In this document: positions 36,153-47,994 of the stretch, piece by piece | How the letters are laid out: each line of letters opens with the position of its first letter | Position numbering within the stretch: position 1 is the first letter of the stretch | DNA from: Bacillota bacterium | GTDB taxonomy: Bacteria > Bacillota > Clostridia > Christensenellales > Borkfalkiaceae | Length of the DNA stretch: 64,000 nucleotides | Reading direction: 5' to 3' | NCBI GenBank assembly: GCA_003343995.1 | Contig: QAKE01000021.1 | Coordinates: 1,284 to 65,283 of the forward strand | The notes under the pieces: model-generated | Seen by the model: the letters and a program-made list of their open reading frames with translations, nothing else | Told to the model about the DNA's origin: nothing | Databases searched by the model: none | Made by a program: the position numbers and the translations under genes

Positions 36153-37985
36153 ATGAATAAAACGAGAGCAAAGGAATCGGCAAGCAAAGGCTTGTTCCTG
36201 ATAACGGCGATTATATGCATAATTGCCGTTATCACCATATTTGTGTTTTTAATTGCGGAAAGCATTCCCGCGTTCAGACAGATCGGCTTTTTCGAGTTTC
36301 TGTTCGGGGACAAATGGAACCCCAACAAGGATGACGAACTGATCGGCGCCGTCAGCGGAAAGTACGGCGTGTTCAAGATGATCGTCGGCTCGATCGCGGG
36401 CACGATGGGCGCGCTTCTCGTCGGCGGCGTGTTCGGATTTTTTACGGCGGTGTTTATTTCGAGATTCTGCCCCAAAAAGATCAAGGGCGCGTTTTCCGCA
36501 GTCATCAATCTGCTGGCGGGCATCCCGTCCGTCGTGTACGGCTTTTTCGGCATGGCGGTGCTGCTGCCGCTGCTCGGCAAGGCGTTCGCCCCCAACGGCA
36601 GCGGAAGCGGCGTTCTGTCGGTTTCCCTCATTTTGGGGCTGATGATTTTGCCGACCGTCGTTTCGCTTTCCAAAACCAGCCTCGACGCCGTTCCCGACAG
36701 CTATTACGAAGGCGCGCGGGCGCTCGGCGCCACGCACGAGCAGGCGGTGTTCAAAACCGTCGTGCCCGCGGCGAAGTCGGGCATCGTGGCGTCGCTCATT
36801 CTCGGCGTCGGGCGCGCGGTCGGCGAAACGATGGCGGTCGTCATGATCGCGGGCAACGCCGTCAACTATCCGTCGAAGCTGTTCCTCAGTTTCAGAACGC
36901 TTACGGCAAATATCGTGCTGGAAATGGGCTATGCCAACGGACTGCACCGCGGCGCGCTCGTCGCCACCGGCGTGGTGCTGCTCATTTTTATTTTGATCAT
37001 CAACCTGCTTTTCGGGCTGGTGACCGGCAGGAAGAAGGAAAAGGGCGGCAAAAAACTGTCCGGCGGCGCGCTGGGAACGCTGTTTTATAAAATGAAGGCG
37101 GAAAAGCTCGGCAAAATCGTCTGCTGGGTATGCAGCTGCGCCGCGGCGGCAAGCCTTTTAATCGTCGTGGGGTTCGTCGTCGTAAAGGGGATCGGGCACA
37201 TCAACTGGCACTTTCTGTTCGGCGAGTTCAACGCGCTGGAAACGGGCGCCGACGGGCGGCTGATTTACACGATAGCTTCCAGCATCGTAACCACGCTGAT
37301 GGTGATTTTTCTGAGCCTGATCATTTCCGTGCCGCTCGGCATTGCGACGGCGATCTATCTCAACGAATATACGAAAAAGGGCAGCAAATTCGTCAGGCTG
37401 ATCCGCAGCTGCATCGACATTTTAAGCGGTATTCCCTCCATCGTGTACGCGTTGTTCGGCATGATTACCTTCGTGGCGTGGTTCGGGCATCGCGTTTCCA
37501 TTCTGGCGGGCAGCTTGACCATCACGTTAATGCTGCTGCCTACGATTATCCGTTCCACGGAGGAAAGTCTGAAATCCGTTTCGGACAGCCTGAGAGAAGG
37601 TTCTTTCGCCCTCGGCGCGGGCAAGGTGAGAACGATTTTCAAAGTCGTTCTGCCGAGCGCGCTTTCGGGCATCTTTTCCGCGATCATCCTCGCGATGAGC
37701 CGCGTGGTCAGCGAATCCGCGCCCTTCCTTTACACGACGGGCAGCGTGGTGATGCCCATGCCGTCCGGCTTTATGAGCGGGGGCACGACGCTCGCCGTCG
37801 CGCTCTACACCTTTGCGGGGGAAGGCAAATACATGAACGAGGCGTACGCCACGGCGTGCGTGCTCATCATCGTCATTTTGCTGTTGAATTTCGCGGCGGA
37901 CCTCGTCGGGAAAAAACTTTCTAAAAAACTGCAAGGAGATACGAATGTTGTTCGGAAAAAGAAAAGACAAAAAGAACGCGCCTGA
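36153..37985 (+). CDS. Fused phosphate ABC transporter permease PstC-PstA
   Basis: Single 610-aa ORF. The N-terminal half is PstC-like and the C-terminal half PstA-like, each with its own permease core. They are joined by a basic linker ([14 protein letters not shown]...). Confidence 0.88.
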   Translation: MNKTRAKESASKGLFLITAIICIIAVITIFVFLIAESIPAFRQIGFFEFLFGDKWNPNKDDELIGAVSGKYGVFKMIVGSIAGTMGALLVGGVFGFFTAVFISRFCPKKIKGAFSAVINLLAGIPSVVYGFFGMAVLLPLLGKAFAPNGSGSGVLSVSLILGLMILPTVVSLSKTSLDAVPDSYYEGARALGATHEQAVFKTVVPAAKSGIVASLILGVGRAVGETMAVVMIAGNAVNYPSKLFLSFRTLTANIVLEMGYANGLHRGALVATGVVLLIFILIINLLFGLVTGRKKEKGGKKLSGGALGTLFYKMKAEKLGKIVCWVCSCAAAASLLIVVGFVVVKGIGHINWHFLFGEFNALETGADGRLIYTIASSIVTTLMVIFLSLIISVPLGIATAIYLNEYTKKGSKFVRLIRSCIDILSGIPSIVYALFGMITFVAWFGHRVSILAGSLTITLMLLPTIIRSTEESLKSVSDSLREGSFALGAGKVRTIFKVVLPSALSGIFSAIILAMSRVVSESAPFLYTTGSVVMPMPSGFMSGGTTLAVALYTFAGEGKYMNEAYATACVLIIVILLLNFAADLVGKKLSKKLQGDTNVVRKKKRQKERA

Positions 37986-38754
37986 CGCGCAAACGGCGCG
38001 CTACGGCGGCAGGATTCAGGTAAAAAACGCCGACCTCTTTTACGGGGATTTTCAGGCGCTCAAAAATATAAGCATCGATATACCCGAACGGAAGATCACG
38101 GCGTTCATCGGACCGTCGGGCTGCGGCAAGAGCACGTTTTTGAAGTGCTTCAACCGCATGAACGATCTGGTGCAGGGATGCAGGGTGAGCGGCGAATTTA
38201 AGATCGGGGACGTGGACATTTACGGCGACATCGACGTGAACGAGCTGAGAAAAAACGTCGGCATGGTGTTTCAGAAACCCAATCCCTTTCCCATGAGCGT
38301 ATACGACAACGTCGCTTACGGTCCGCGCACCTTCGGCATCAAAAAGCGCGCCGAGCTCGACGAGATCGTGGAGCGTTCCTTAAAGCAGGCGGCGATGTGG
38401 GAGGAGCTGAAAGACCGGCTGAACAAATCGGCGCTGGGGCTTTCCGGCGGTCAGCAGCAGCGGCTTTGCATCGCCCGCGCCCTCGCCGTCGGTCCGCAAG
38501 TCATCTTGATGGACGAACCGACGAGCGCGCTCGATCCCATTTCCACGGGGAAGATCGAGGAACTTTGCATGGATCTGAAAAAGGACGTTACGGTGGTCAT
38601 CGTAACGCACAACATGCAGCAGGCGGTGCGCATATCCGATAAAACGGCGTTCTTTTTACTGGGAGATTTGATTGAATATGGCGACACGGACAAGGTATTT
38701 ACGGCGCCCGAACAAAAGCAGACGGAAAATTATATTACGGGCAGATTCGGCTGA
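37945..38754 (+). CDS. pstB: Phosphate ABC transporter ATP-binding protein
   Basis: [24 protein letters not shown] and [20 protein letters not shown] lies 7 nt upstream of the ATG. Overlaps the end of pstCA by 41 nt. Confidence 0.95.
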   Translation: MLFGKRKDKKNAPDAQTARYGGRIQVKNADLFYGDFQALKNISIDIPERKITAFIGPSGCGKSTFLKCFNRMNDLVQGCRVSGEFKIGDVDIYGDIDVNELRKNVGMVFQKPNPFPMSVYDNVAYGPRTFGIKKRAELDEIVERSLKQAAMWEELKDRLNKSALGLSGGQQQRLCIARALAVGPQVILMDEPTSALDPISTGKIEELCMDLKKDVTVVIVTHNMQQAVRISDKTAFFLLGDLIEYGDTDKVFTAPEQKQTENYITGRFG

Positions 38755-38767
38755 CGGAGGACGAAAC

Positions 38768-39424
38768 ATGAGTGCGAGAAAATATTTGGAAGAGGGGCTT
38801 GCGGAAATGAACATGAGCCTCAAGGAAATGTGCCTGCTGGTGGAGGACATGATCGATCAGGCGGTCACCTCCCTCACGGAAAACGACACCGCGCTTGCGG
38901 CGGGCATACACGAGCGGGATAAGCGCGTGGACGAATACGAAATGGAAATCGAAAGAATGTGCATGCGCCTTTTGCTGAAGGAACAGCCGGTGGCGGCGGA
39001 CTTCCGCTCGGTTTCCACCACGCTGAAGGTCATCACCGACATCGAGCGCATCGGCGATCAGGCGGGGGATATCGGCGAGCTCATCGCGGCGAACGGCGGC
39101 GCGGCGCTCAAAGCGGACGCGGCGCGCCTGAAGATGATGGGCATTTTGGCGAAGGACATGGTGAAAAACAGCGTGGACAGCTTTATCTTTTCCGACGAGC
39201 GCCTCGCCGACGAAACGGCGAAAAAGGACGATCGGCTGGACGAGCTCTTCGTGGAGGTGAAAAACGGGCTCATCGAGTTCATGAAAGCCCGCCCCGAAAA
39301 CGCAGACGACGCTTTGGTTCTCATGATGATCGCAAAATACTTCGAACGCATCGGCGATCACGCCGTAAACGTGTGCGAATGGACGAAATACGAGGAAACG
39401 GGCGAACACGTCAAGTTTCAGTGA
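38768..39424 (+). CDS. phoU: Phosphate signalling complex protein PhoU
   Basis: Trimmed to Met33 of the tracked ORF, after GGAGGA. Two PhoU repeats with D..I..ER..D motifs (ITDIERIGDQAGDI, AKYFERIGDHAVNV). Confidence 0.92.
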   Translation: MSARKYLEEGLAEMNMSLKEMCLLVEDMIDQAVTSLTENDTALAAGIHERDKRVDEYEMEIERMCMRLLLKEQPVAADFRSVSTTLKVITDIERIGDQAGDIGELIAANGGAALKADAARLKMMGILAKDMVKNSVDSFIFSDERLADETAKKDDRLDELFVEVKNGLIEFMKARPENADDALVLMMIAKYFERIGDHAVNVCEWTKYEETGEHVKFQ

Positions 39425-39462
39425 AATTCGCGCAAAAAAACGGGAATTTCGCGTTAAATCCG

Positions 39463-39491
39463 TTGACAAAATATCGGCATTTTGTTAAAAT
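39463..39491 (+). promoter_or_regulatory. Promoter of the ilv-leu operon
   Basis: TTGACA (39463..39468), 17-nt spacer, TAAAAT (39486..39491). Confidence 0.5.
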
Positions 39492-39497
39492 CTATAC

Positions 39498-39780
39498 AAT
39501 TAGATTATTAAATGCGATGATGAAGTCAACGGATTTTTCATTTGCGGCTTTCAGAGAGCCCGCGGTCGGTGCGAGCGGGCAGCGCGGAAAAATCTCACTC
39601 CCTTCGGAGCAGGCGTTCGGAACCCTTCGGGAAAGTATGAACGTCCGGTTTCGGCACCGTTAAAGGCTTAGGGTTCAACCCCTGCTGAGTGGGCTGCGGA
39701 TGCGGTCAATTTGGGTGGTAACGCGTAGTAACATCTTCGTCCCAGAATATTTATTATTTTGCGGCGGAGATTTTTTTATT
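39498..39780 (+). promoter_or_regulatory. T-box riboswitch leader, probable Leu (CUC) specifier
   Basis: AGAGAG box (about 39553), candidate specifier CTC followed by A at 39594..39597, conserved T-box AATTTGGGTGGTAACGCG (39708..39725), and terminator ATCTTCGTC...GGCGGAGAT plus T7 (39733..39777). Confidence 0.8.
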
Positions 39781-39808
39781 TATCGGAAAAATCCGAGGAG
39801 GTGCGGTT

Positions 39809-40327
39809 ATGAATAGATATGTTTTGTCCGTTCTGGTGAGAAACCATTCCGGCGTTTTGCGCCGCGTGAGCGGGCTGTTCGCGCGGAGGGGCTACAACAT
39901 CGAAAGCCTCACCGTCGGCGTGACGGAGAACCCCAAGGTTTCCCGCATGACGGTGGTCGTCTGCGGGGACGAATATATCGTCGACCAGATCACCAAGCAG
40001 GTGAGCAAACTCGTGGAAGTCATCAAGGTGGAAATCCTGAGGCAGGAAAATTCCGTTTACCGCGAACTGCTCCTCGTCAAGGTGAAAACGAGCAAGGACA
40101 CCCGCGCGGAGATTCTGGAAATTTCCAACATCTTCCGCTCGCACGTGGTGGACGTTTCCGCCGGCGCGCTGGTGCTGGAGGCTACGGGGGACGCCAATAA
40201 GCTGACGGCGTTTTTGAAGATGCTCGAACCCTTTACCATTCTGGAAATCGTCCGCACGGGGCTCGCCGCGCTCGGACGGGGGGAAACGGTGTTCGGCGAA
40301 ACGGAAAGGAGTGAAGAAAATGCGTAA
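39809..40327 (+). CDS. ilvN: Acetolactate synthase small (regulatory) subunit
   Basis: ACT-domain start MNRYVLSVLVRNHSGVLRRVSGLFARRGYNIESLTVG, 172 aa. Confidence 0.92.
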   Translation: MNRYVLSVLVRNHSGVLRRVSGLFARRGYNIESLTVGVTENPKVSRMTVVVCGDEYIVDQITKQVSKLVEVIKVEILRQENSVYRELLLVKVKTSKDTRAEILEISNIFRSHVVDVSAGALVLEATGDANKLTAFLKMLEPFTILEIVRTGLAALGRGETVFGETERSEENA

Positions 40328-41855
40328 AATCAAAATATTCGATACCACGCTGCGCGACGGAGAGCAATCGCCCGGCTGCAGCATGAATTTAAGCGAAAAA
40401 CTGAAAATGGCGGCGCAGCTGGACGCGCTGGGCGTGGACGTCATCGAGGCGGGCTTCGCCATCTCCTCGCCGGGGGATTTCGCGGCGGTCAAGGGCATCG
40501 CGTCGGTGGTGAAACGCGCCGTCGTCGCCTCTTTGGCGCGCGCGGTCAAAAAGGATATCGACGCGGCGTACGAGGCGGTGAAGGACGCGGCGCACCCGCG
40601 TATCCACGTGTTTTTGGCGACCAGCGACGTACACATGGAATATAAACTCAAAATGAGCCGCGAGCAGGTGCTCGCCACCTGCAAGGAGATGGTAACGTAC
40701 GCGAAGAGCCTTTGCGACGACGTGGAGTTTTCCGCGGAGGACGCCTTCCGCAGCGAAGTGCCCTTTTTGTGCCGCGTTGTGGAAACCGCCATCGAGGCGG
40801 GCGCGACGACCGTCAATCTGCCCGACACGGTGGGCTACGCCACGCCGATGGAATACGGCAGCTTTATCGCCGAAGTGCGCAAAAACGCGAAGGGCATCGA
40901 CAAGGTGGACGTTTCCGTGCACTGTCATAACGATTTGGGCATGGCTACGGCAAACTCCCTGATGGCGGTGCTGAACGGCGCGGATCAGATCGAGTGCACC
41001 GTCAACGGCATCGGCGAGCGGGCGGGCAACACCGCGCTGGAAGAGGTGGTGATGGCGCTCAAAACCCGCAGGGATTATTTCGACGCGTATACCGACATCG
41101 ATACCACGCAGATTTTCAAAACGAGCAAACTTTTGACGGCGATCACCGGCGTAAAGGTGCAGCCGAACAAGGCGATCGTGGGGGAAAACGCCTTCGCGCA
41201 CGAGTCGGGCATCCACCAGCACGGCGTGCTCGCCAAGCGGGAAACCTACGAAATTATGACGCCCGAATCCATCGGGCTTACGGAAAACAAGATGGTGCTC
41301 GGCAAGCACAGCGGCAAGCACGCCATCGAGGATAAGCTCAAGCAGATGGGCTTTACCGTCACCAAGGAGGAAATGCAGGAGCTCTTCGAGGAGTTCAAGG
41401 TGCTCGCCGACCGGCAGAAGAGCGTTTCCGACCTCGATCTGGAGGCGCTCGTGCACAAGAAGATCATGAAGATCCACGAGAGCTTCAAGCTCGACCGTTT
41501 CGTCATCAACGTGGGCAATTCCATCACGACGACGAGCGCCGTGCGCCTTCTGAACGAAACGGGCGAGGAAGTGGAGGCGGTCACCTCCTCCAAATTCGGC
41601 CCCATCGACGCCTCCTATTCCGCCATCAAGCAGATCGTCGGCGGGGAGGAATTCGAGCTGGTGGATTTTTTGATCGACGCCGTTACCGGCGGCACGGACG
41701 CGCAGGGCAAAGTCACCGTAAAAATCAAGTCGGGCGATAAGATTTACAACGGACACGCGGTGTGCCTCGATATCGTGGAGGCGGCGGTGCGCGCGTATAT
41801 CGCGGCGATCAACAACATGATACACGATAAAAAACTCGTGGAGCAGGGCGGATGA
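40320..41855 (+). CDS. leuA: 2-isopropylmalate synthase
   Basis: The ATG at 40320 follows GGAAAGGAG; the tracked GTG at 40311 is less likely. Contains IFDTTLRDGEQSPG, HCHNDLGMATAN and a C-terminal LeuA dimerisation/regulatory domain. Confidence 0.93.
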   Translation: MRKIKIFDTTLRDGEQSPGCSMNLSEKLKMAAQLDALGVDVIEAGFAISSPGDFAAVKGIASVVKRAVVASLARAVKKDIDAAYEAVKDAAHPRIHVFLATSDVHMEYKLKMSREQVLATCKEMVTYAKSLCDDVEFSAEDAFRSEVPFLCRVVETAIEAGATTVNLPDTVGYATPMEYGSFIAEVRKNAKGIDKVDVSVHCHNDLGMATANSLMAVLNGADQIECTVNGIGERAGNTALEEVVMALKTRRDYFDAYTDIDTTQIFKTSKLLTAITGVKVQPNKAIVGENAFAHESGIHQHGVLAKRETYEIMTPESIGLTENKMVLGKHSGKHAIEDKLKQMGFTVTKEEMQELFEEFKVLADRQKSVSDLDLEALVHKKIMKIHESFKLDRFVINVGNSITTTSAVRLLNETGEEVEAVTSSKFGPIDASYSAIKQIVGGEEFELVDFLIDAVTGGTDAQGKVTVKIKSGDKIYNGHAVCLDIVEAAVRAYIAAINNMIHDKKLVEQGG

Positions 41856-43438
41856 AACAGATAAGCATTCTCGATTCCACCCTGCGCGACGGCGCGCAGG
41901 CGGAGGGCATATCCTTTTCCGTCACCGATAAAATCAATATCTGCCGCGCCCTCGACGAGCTGGGCGTGGCGTATATCGAGGCGGGCAATCCCTCCTCCAA
42001 TCCCAAGGATATCGAGTTTTTCAAAGAAGTCGCCGCGGTGCCCTTCAAAAACGCCGTGCTCACGGCGTTCGGTTCTACGCGGCGCAAGGGCGTTGCCTGC
42101 GAGGAGGACGCGAATTTGAACGCCCTCGTCAACGCCGGCACCGAAGCGGTGAGCATTTTCGGAAAGTCGTGGGATTTCCACGTGACGGAAATACTGAAGG
42201 CGACGAAGGAAGAAAACCTCGCCATGATTTCCGAAACGGTGGCGTTTTTGAAAGCGCGGGGCAAAACCGTCATTTACGACGCGGAGCATTTCTTCGACGG
42301 CTATAAAAACAATCTCGAATACGCCATGGAAACGATACGCGCGGCGGAACGCGCCGGCGCGGACATCATCGATTTGTGCGATACCAACGGCGGGTGCTTT
42401 CCCGATGAAATCGAAAGCATCGTAAAGGCGGTCATGGCGGAGGTGAAGTGCGAGGTGGGCATCCACGCGCACGACGACGCGGGCTGCGGCGTGGCAAACT
42501 CCATGGCGGCGGTGTTCGCGGGCGCTAAGCACGTGCAGGGCACGCTCATCGGCTACGGCGAGCGCTGCGGCAACGCCAACCTTTCGGCGATTATAGCGAA
42601 TTTGCAGCTCAAGCGCGGAATTAACTGCGCGGCGGGCGATCTGGGCAAGCTGACGGAGATCTGCCGCAGGGTGGCGGAAATTTCCAACGTGCGTTTGAAC
42701 CGCGGCATGCCGTACGTCGGCAAATCGGCGTTCACCCATAAGGCGGGAATGCACATCGACGGCGTGAATAAATCGAGTAAATCCTTCGAGCACGTTTCCC
42801 CCGAAACGGTGGGCAACGAACGACGGTTTTTGATGAGCGAGGTGGCGGGGCGCAGCACGGTGCTGGAAAAGATCCGCCGCATCGAGCCTTCGGTGACGAA
42901 GGACAACCCCGTCACGGCGAAGATCATCGATAAAATCAAGGAAATGGAATTCAAAGGGTATCAGTTCGAGGGGGCGGACGCCTCCTTCGAGCTGCTGATC
43001 CGCAAACAGCTCGGCACGTATAAGCCGTTTTTCTCGCTGGAGAAGTTCAAAACCATCGGCGAACAGCACGCCGGCGAGGATTTCGCGCCCGCCGCGGCGA
43101 TCGTGAAGGTGAGCGTGAACGGCAGCGCGGAAATCACCGGCGCGGAGGGCAACGGCCCCGTCAACGCGCTGGACGTGGCGCTGAGAAAGGCGCTCGAACG
43201 GTTTTATCCGTCCTTAAAGGAATTCAAGCTCACCGATTACAAGGTGCGTATTCTCGACAGCAGGGAAACGAGCTCCGCCGTCACGCGCGTTTTGATCGAA
43301 AGCAGCGACAAAAAGGACGTCTGGACGACGGTAGGCGTTTCGCGCGATATTATCGAGGCGAGCTTGATCGCTTTGATCGACGCGCTGGAATATAAGCTCA
43401 TCAAGGATGAGGAAACGAAAAACAATCAATGTAAATAA
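41852..43438 (+). CDS. cimA: (R)-citramalate synthase (LeuA paralogue, CimA type)
   Basis: ILDSTLRDGAQAEGISFSVTDKINICRALDELGVAYIEAGNPSSNPKDIEFF is characteristic of the CimA clade. 528 aa. ATGA overlap with leuA. Confidence 0.8.
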   Translation: MKQISILDSTLRDGAQAEGISFSVTDKINICRALDELGVAYIEAGNPSSNPKDIEFFKEVAAVPFKNAVLTAFGSTRRKGVACEEDANLNALVNAGTEAVSIFGKSWDFHVTEILKATKEENLAMISETVAFLKARGKTVIYDAEHFFDGYKNNLEYAMETIRAAERAGADIIDLCDTNGGCFPDEIESIVKAVMAEVKCEVGIHAHDDAGCGVANSMAAVFAGAKHVQGTLIGYGERCGNANLSAIIANLQLKRGINCAAGDLGKLTEICRRVAEISNVRLNRGMPYVGKSAFTHKAGMHIDGVNKSSKSFEHVSPETVGNERRFLMSEVAGRSTVLEKIRRIEPSVTKDNPVTAKIIDKIKEMEFKGYQFEGADASFELLIRKQLGTYKPFFSLEKFKTIGEQHAGEDFAPAAAIVKVSVNGSAEITGAEGNGPVNALDVALRKALERFYPSLKEFKLTDYKVRILDSRETSSAVTRVLIESSDKKDVWTTVGVSRDIIEASLIALIDALEYKLIKDEETKNNQCK

Positions 43439-43459
43439 ACGGGAGGTTACAACAAGACT

Positions 43460-44725
43460 ATGGGAATGACAATGACGCAGAAAATTTTGGCGCGCCACGC
43501 TCATCTCGACGCGGTAAAGGCGGGGCAGCTGATCGAGGCGGACCTCGATCTGGTGCTCGGCAACGACATCACTTCGCCGGTGGCGGTGACGGAGTTCAAG
43601 AAATTCGGCGCGGACAAGGTGTTCGATAAAGACAAGGTGGCGATCGTGCCCGATCACTTCACGCCGAACAAGGATATCAAGGCGGCGGAGCAGTGTAAAT
43701 ACATCCGCGAATTCGCCAAAAAAATGGACATTACCAACTATTTCGAAATCGGCGAGGTGGGCATCGAACACGCGCTGATTCCCGAAAAGGGACTCGTGGT
43801 GGCGGGCGATCTCGTCATCGGCGCCGATTCGCATACCTGCACCTACGGCGCGCTCGGCGCGTTCTCCACGGGCGTGGGCAGCACCGACATGGCGGCGGGC
43901 ATGGCTACCGGCAAGGCGTGGTTCAAGGTTCCCGCCGCGCTCAAGTTCAATTTGATCGGCGCGCCGAAGGGCTGGGTGAGCGGCAAGGACGTCATCTTAC
44001 ATATCATCGGCATGATCGGCGTGGACGGCGCGCTCTATAAGAGCATGGAGTTTTCCGGCGAGGGCTTGAAAGCCCTTTCGATGGACGACAGACTCTGCAT
44101 GGCGAACATGGCGATCGAGGCGGGCGCGAAAAACGGCATCTTCGAAGTGGACGAAAAGACGATAGAATATATCGAGGAACATTCCTCCAAACCCTATACC
44201 GTCGTCAAGGCGGACGAGGACGCGGAATACGAAAAGGTGTACGATATCGACCTTTCCGAAATCAAGCCGACCGTCGCCTTTCCGCATCTGCCGGACAACA
44301 CCCGCACCGTCGACGAGGCGGGCGAGGTGGTCATCGATCAAGTGGTCATCGGCTCCTGCACCAACGGGCGCATTTCCGATTTGCGCGTCGCGGCGGAAAT
44401 TCTGAAAGGCAGACACGTGAAGAAAGGCGTGCGCACCATCATCATCCCCGGCACGCAGAAGATCTACAAGCAGGCGATGAAGGAAGGGCTCGTCGATATT
44501 TTCATCGACGCGGGCGCGATTTTCTCCTTCCCGACCTGCGGACCGTGTCTCGGCGGGCACCTCGGCATTCTGGCGGCGGGCGAACGCGCCGTTTCCACGA
44601 CCAACCGCAATTTCGTCGGCAGAATGGGGCACGTCGATTCGGAAGTTTATCTCGCAAGCCCCGCGGTGGCGGCGGCGAGCGCGGTGACGGGCAAAATCTC
44701 CGCACCGGAAGAATTGGGACTGTAA
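43460..44725 (+). CDS. leuC: 3-isopropylmalate (homo)aconitase-type dehydratase large subunit
   Basis: Aconitase-family Fe-S ligands (GADSHTC, GSCTNGR, CGPCLG), 421 aa. Confidence 0.95.
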   Translation: MGMTMTQKILARHAHLDAVKAGQLIEADLDLVLGNDITSPVAVTEFKKFGADKVFDKDKVAIVPDHFTPNKDIKAAEQCKYIREFAKKMDITNYFEIGEVGIEHALIPEKGLVVAGDLVIGADSHTCTYGALGAFSTGVGSTDMAAGMATGKAWFKVPAALKFNLIGAPKGWVSGKDVILHIIGMIGVDGALYKSMEFSGEGLKALSMDDRLCMANMAIEAGAKNGIFEVDEKTIEYIEEHSSKPYTVVKADEDAEYEKVYDIDLSEIKPTVAFPHLPDNTRTVDEAGEVVIDQVVIGSCTNGRISDLRVAAEILKGRHVKKGVRTIIIPGTQKIYKQAMKEGLVDIFIDAGAIFSFPTCGPCLGGHLGILAAGERAVSTTNRNFVGRMGHVDSEVYLASPAVAAASAVTGKISAPEELGL

Positions 44726-44740
44726 GAGGAGGATAAAACA

Positions 44741-45235
44741 ATGAAAGTATGCGGAAAAGTTTTCAGATATAACGACAACGTCGATACCGACGTCATCATC
44801 CCCGCGCGGTATTTGAACACCTCGGTGCACGCGGAACTCGCAAAGCACTGCATGGAGGATATCGACAAGGATTTCGTGAAGAACGTGAAGGAGGGCGACA
44901 TCATCGTCGCCGATAAGAACTTCGGCTGCGGTTCTTCGAGAGAGCACGCGCCCATCGCCATCAAGGCGTCGGGCATCAGCTGCGTCATCGCCTCCACCTT
45001 CGCGCGCATTTTCTACCGCAATTCCATCAATATCGGGCTGCCGATCATCGAATGCGAAGAGGCGGTCAAGGGCATCTCCGCGGGGGATAAGGTTTCCGTC
45101 GATTTCGATACCGGCGTCATCACCAACGAAACGACGGGCAAGTCCTTCAAGGGCGAACCGTACCCCGAATTTATGCAGAACATCATCAAGGCGGGCGGGC
45201 TTATTCCCTATATCAACGCCAAAGCGGAAAAATAA
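44741..45235 (+). CDS. leuD: 3-isopropylmalate dehydratase small subunit
   Basis: 164 aa with [11 protein letters not shown] swivel-domain motif. Confidence 0.95.
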   Translation: MKVCGKVFRYNDNVDTDVIIPARYLNTSVHAELAKHCMEDIDKDFVKNVKEGDIIVADKNFGCGSSREHAPIAIKASGISCVIASTFARIFYRNSINIGLPIIECEEAVKGISAGDKVSVDFDTGVITNETTGKSFKGEPYPEFMQNIIKAGGLIPYINAKAEK

Positions 45236-45245
45236 GGAGAACAAA

Positions 45246-46304
45246 ATGAATTACAATATCGTAACGGTTTCGGGCGACGGCATCGGTCCCGACATCATCG
45301 CGGAAGCGAAAAACGTTCTGAACGTCATCGGCAAAAAATACAATCACACCTTTCATTTTACGGAAAAACCCGCGGGCGGCATCGCCATCGATACCTGCGG
45401 CTGTCCGCTGCCGCAGGACACCATCGACGCGTGCAAAGCGTCCGATTCCGTGATGCTCGGCGCGGTGGGCGGACCGAAGTGGGATCACCTCGGTGGCAAC
45501 GACCGCCCCGAAAAGGCGCTGTTGGGGCTGCGCGGCTCGCTGGGGCTGTTTGCCAACCTGCGCCCCGCGGTGCTCCATTCCCAGCTGAAGGACGCCTGCC
45601 CTTTGAAAGCGGAAATCATCGGCGATTCCCTCGATATTCTGATCGTCCGCGAGCTCACCGGCGGCATTTACTTCGGCGAGCGCGGCAGAACGGAAAACGG
45701 CGCGTACGACACGCTCAGCTATTCGGTAAAGGAAATCGAACGCGTTCTGCGCGTGGGCTTTGACGCGGCGATGAAGCGCCGTAAAAAGGTCACCGTGGTC
45801 GATAAGGCGAATATCTTGGAATCCTCCCGTCTTTGGAGGGAGGTTGCGAACCGCGTGGCGAAGGATTATCCCGAAGTGGAAACCTCCTTTTTATACGTCG
45901 ATAACTGCTCCATGCAGCTCATCCGCAATCCCCATCAGTTCGACGTCATCGTAACGGAAAACATGTTCGGCGACATTCTCTCCGACGAGGCGAGCATGCT
46001 CACCGGCTCCATCGGTATGTTGGCGTCGGCGAGCCTCGGCGAAACGAAGCTCGGCATGTACGAGCCCATTCACGGCTCCGCGCCCGATATCGCCGGCAAG
46101 GATATCGCAAACCCCATCGCCACCATTTTGTCGGCGGCGATGATGCTGAGATATTCCTTCGATCTGGAAGAAGAGGCGCGCGCCATCGAAAACGCCGTGA
46201 CGAAAACCCTCGACGAGGGCTACCGTACCGGCGACATCTATTCGGACGGCATGAAAAAGGTCGGCACGAAGGAGATGGGCAAACTGATTGCCGAAAGAAT
46301 TTAA
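45246..46304 (+). CDS. leuB: 3-isopropylmalate dehydrogenase
   Basis: [15 protein letters not shown] and [25 protein letters not shown] motifs. Confidence 0.95.
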   Translation: MNYNIVTVSGDGIGPDIIAEAKNVLNVIGKKYNHTFHFTEKPAGGIAIDTCGCPLPQDTIDACKASDSVMLGAVGGPKWDHLGGNDRPEKALLGLRGSLGLFANLRPAVLHSQLKDACPLKAEIIGDSLDILIVRELTGGIYFGERGRTENGAYDTLSYSVKEIERVLRVGFDAAMKRRKKVTVVDKANILESSRLWREVANRVAKDYPEVETSFLYVDNCSMQLIRNPHQFDVIVTENMFGDILSDEASMLTGSIGMLASASLGETKLGMYEPIHGSAPDIAGKDIANPIATILSAAMMLRYSFDLEEEARAIENAVTKTLDEGYRTGDIYSDGMKKVGTKEMGKLIAERI

Positions 46305-46316
46305 ACGGAGAAAACA

Positions 46317-47972
46317 ATGAACAGCGATAAAGCGAAAATCGGCTTGGATAAGGCGGCGCACCGCTCGCTGATGAAGGCGCTGGGATTTACCGACGAGGAA
46401 ATTTCCCTGCCGCTCATCGGCATCGTGTCGGCGCAAAGCGACATCATCCCCGGACATACGGAACTCAATAAAATCGCCGAGGCGGTGAAGGCGGGCGTGC
46501 GGCTGGCGGGGGGCAATCCCGTAACCGTGCCGGCGATCGGCGTGTGCGACGGCATCGCCATGGGGCACGAGGGCATGAAGTATTCCCTCGTCACCCGCGA
46601 GCTCATCGCCGATTCCGTCGAGTGTCTCGCCAAAGCGCACGCCTTCGACGCGATGGTGCTCGTGCCCAACTGCGATAAAATCGTGCCGGGCATGCTCATG
46701 GCGGCGGCGCGCGTCAATATCCCCGCCATCGTCTGCGCGGGCGGTCCCATGCTCAACGGCTACATCAAGGGCGAACGCATCAGCGTTACCGAAATGTTCG
46801 AGGCGGCGGGCGCGGTGAAGAGCGGCAAGATCAAGGCGGAGGAGCTTTGCGATTACGAAAGCAAGGCGTGCCCCACCTGCGGCTCGTGCGCGGGCATGTT
46901 TACGGCGAACTCCATGAACTGCGTTACGGAGGCGCTCGGCATGGCGTTAGAGGGCAACGGCACCGTACCCATGGTGTATTCCGAACGCCTGCGCTTGGCG
47001 AAGCATTCCGGCATGAAGGTGATGGAGCTTTTGAAAAAGAACATCCGTCCCCGCGACATTCTCACCGAAAAGGCGTTTGAAAACGCCTTCACCGTGGATA
47101 TGGCGCTGGGCTGCAGCACGAACACGGTGCTGCACATTCCCGCCATCGCGCGGGAGGCGGGGGTGAAAATCGACCTCTCGCTCATCAACAAGGTTTCCGA
47201 AAGCACCCCCAACGTGTGCAAACTCGCGCCCGCGGGCAAGCACTTCATGGTGGATTTATACCACGCGGGCGGCGTGTACGCCGTGATGAAACAGCTTGCG
47301 GATAAAGGGCTTTTGCACACCGATTTGCCGACGGCGAGCGGGAAAACCGTGGCGGAAAACGTGGCGCACGCGAAAGTGCTGGATAAAACGGTCATCCGCC
47401 CGATGGACGATCCCTATTCCGTCACCGGCGGGCTCGCCATCTTAAAGGGCAATCTCGCGCCCGACGGATGCGTGGTGAAACGCAGCGCCGTCGCGCCGGA
47501 AATGCTGGTGAATACCGGCACCGCCGTCGTGTTCGACAGCGAGGAAGAGGCGATTAAGGGCATCACGGGCGGCGCGGTGAAATCGGGCGACGTGGTGGTC
47601 ATCCGCTACGAAGGTCCGAAGGGCGGCCCCGGTATGCGCGAAATGCTGATGCCCACCGCCACCATTTGCGGCATGGGGCTGGATAAAACCGTCGCGCTCA
47701 TCACCGACGGGCGCTTTTCCGGCGCGACGCGCGGCGCGGCGATCGGGCACGTTTCCCCCGAAGCGGCGGTCGGCGGTCCCATCGGATTGGTGAAAAACGG
47801 CGATAAAATCGCCATCGATATGAAAAATTACAGCATCGAACTGCTCGTCGGCGAGGAAGAGCTGGCGAAGAGAAGAGCGGAATTTACGCCCGTCGTGCAC
47901 GAAACCTCGGGATATCTCGCGCGGTACGCGCGCATGGTGTCCTCGGCGGACGAGGGCGCGGTGCTCAAATAA
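46317..47972 (+). CDS. ilvD: Dihydroxy-acid dehydratase
   Basis: 551 aa with [15 protein letters not shown] and CPTCGSC Fe-S motifs. Confidence 0.96.
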   Translation: MNSDKAKIGLDKAAHRSLMKALGFTDEEISLPLIGIVSAQSDIIPGHTELNKIAEAVKAGVRLAGGNPVTVPAIGVCDGIAMGHEGMKYSLVTRELIADSVECLAKAHAFDAMVLVPNCDKIVPGMLMAAARVNIPAIVCAGGPMLNGYIKGERISVTEMFEAAGAVKSGKIKAEELCDYESKACPTCGSCAGMFTANSMNCVTEALGMALEGNGTVPMVYSERLRLAKHSGMKVMELLKKNIRPRDILTEKAFENAFTVDMALGCSTNTVLHIPAIAREAGVKIDLSLINKVSESTPNVCKLAPAGKHFMVDLYHAGGVYAVMKQLADKGLLHTDLPTASGKTVAENVAHAKVLDKTVIRPMDDPYSVTGGLAILKGNLAPDGCVVKRSAVAPEMLVNTGTAVVFDSEEEAIKGITGGAVKSGDVVVIRYEGPKGGPGMREMLMPTATICGMGLDKTVALITDGRFSGATRGAAIGHVSPEAAVGGPIGLVKNGDKIAIDMKNYSIELLVGEEELAKRRAEFTPVVHETSGYLARYARMVSSADEGAVLK

Positions 47973-47994
47973 ACGCAAAAGGAACGCGGAAAGT

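Noticed and set aside
39776-45244. Long minus-strand ORFs across the ilv-leu operon (39776..40828, 40389..41825, 41744..43069, 43997..45244).
   Set aside because: All are antisense to high-confidence biosynthetic genes. They have Arg/His/Gly-rich junk-like composition and no start context, and they would run against a T-box-controlled operon. They are treated as artefacts. The same reasoning applies to similar ORFs elsewhere in the track, for example 94..963, 4518..5477, 14242..15345, 15377..16294, 48688..49734 and 56590..57561.
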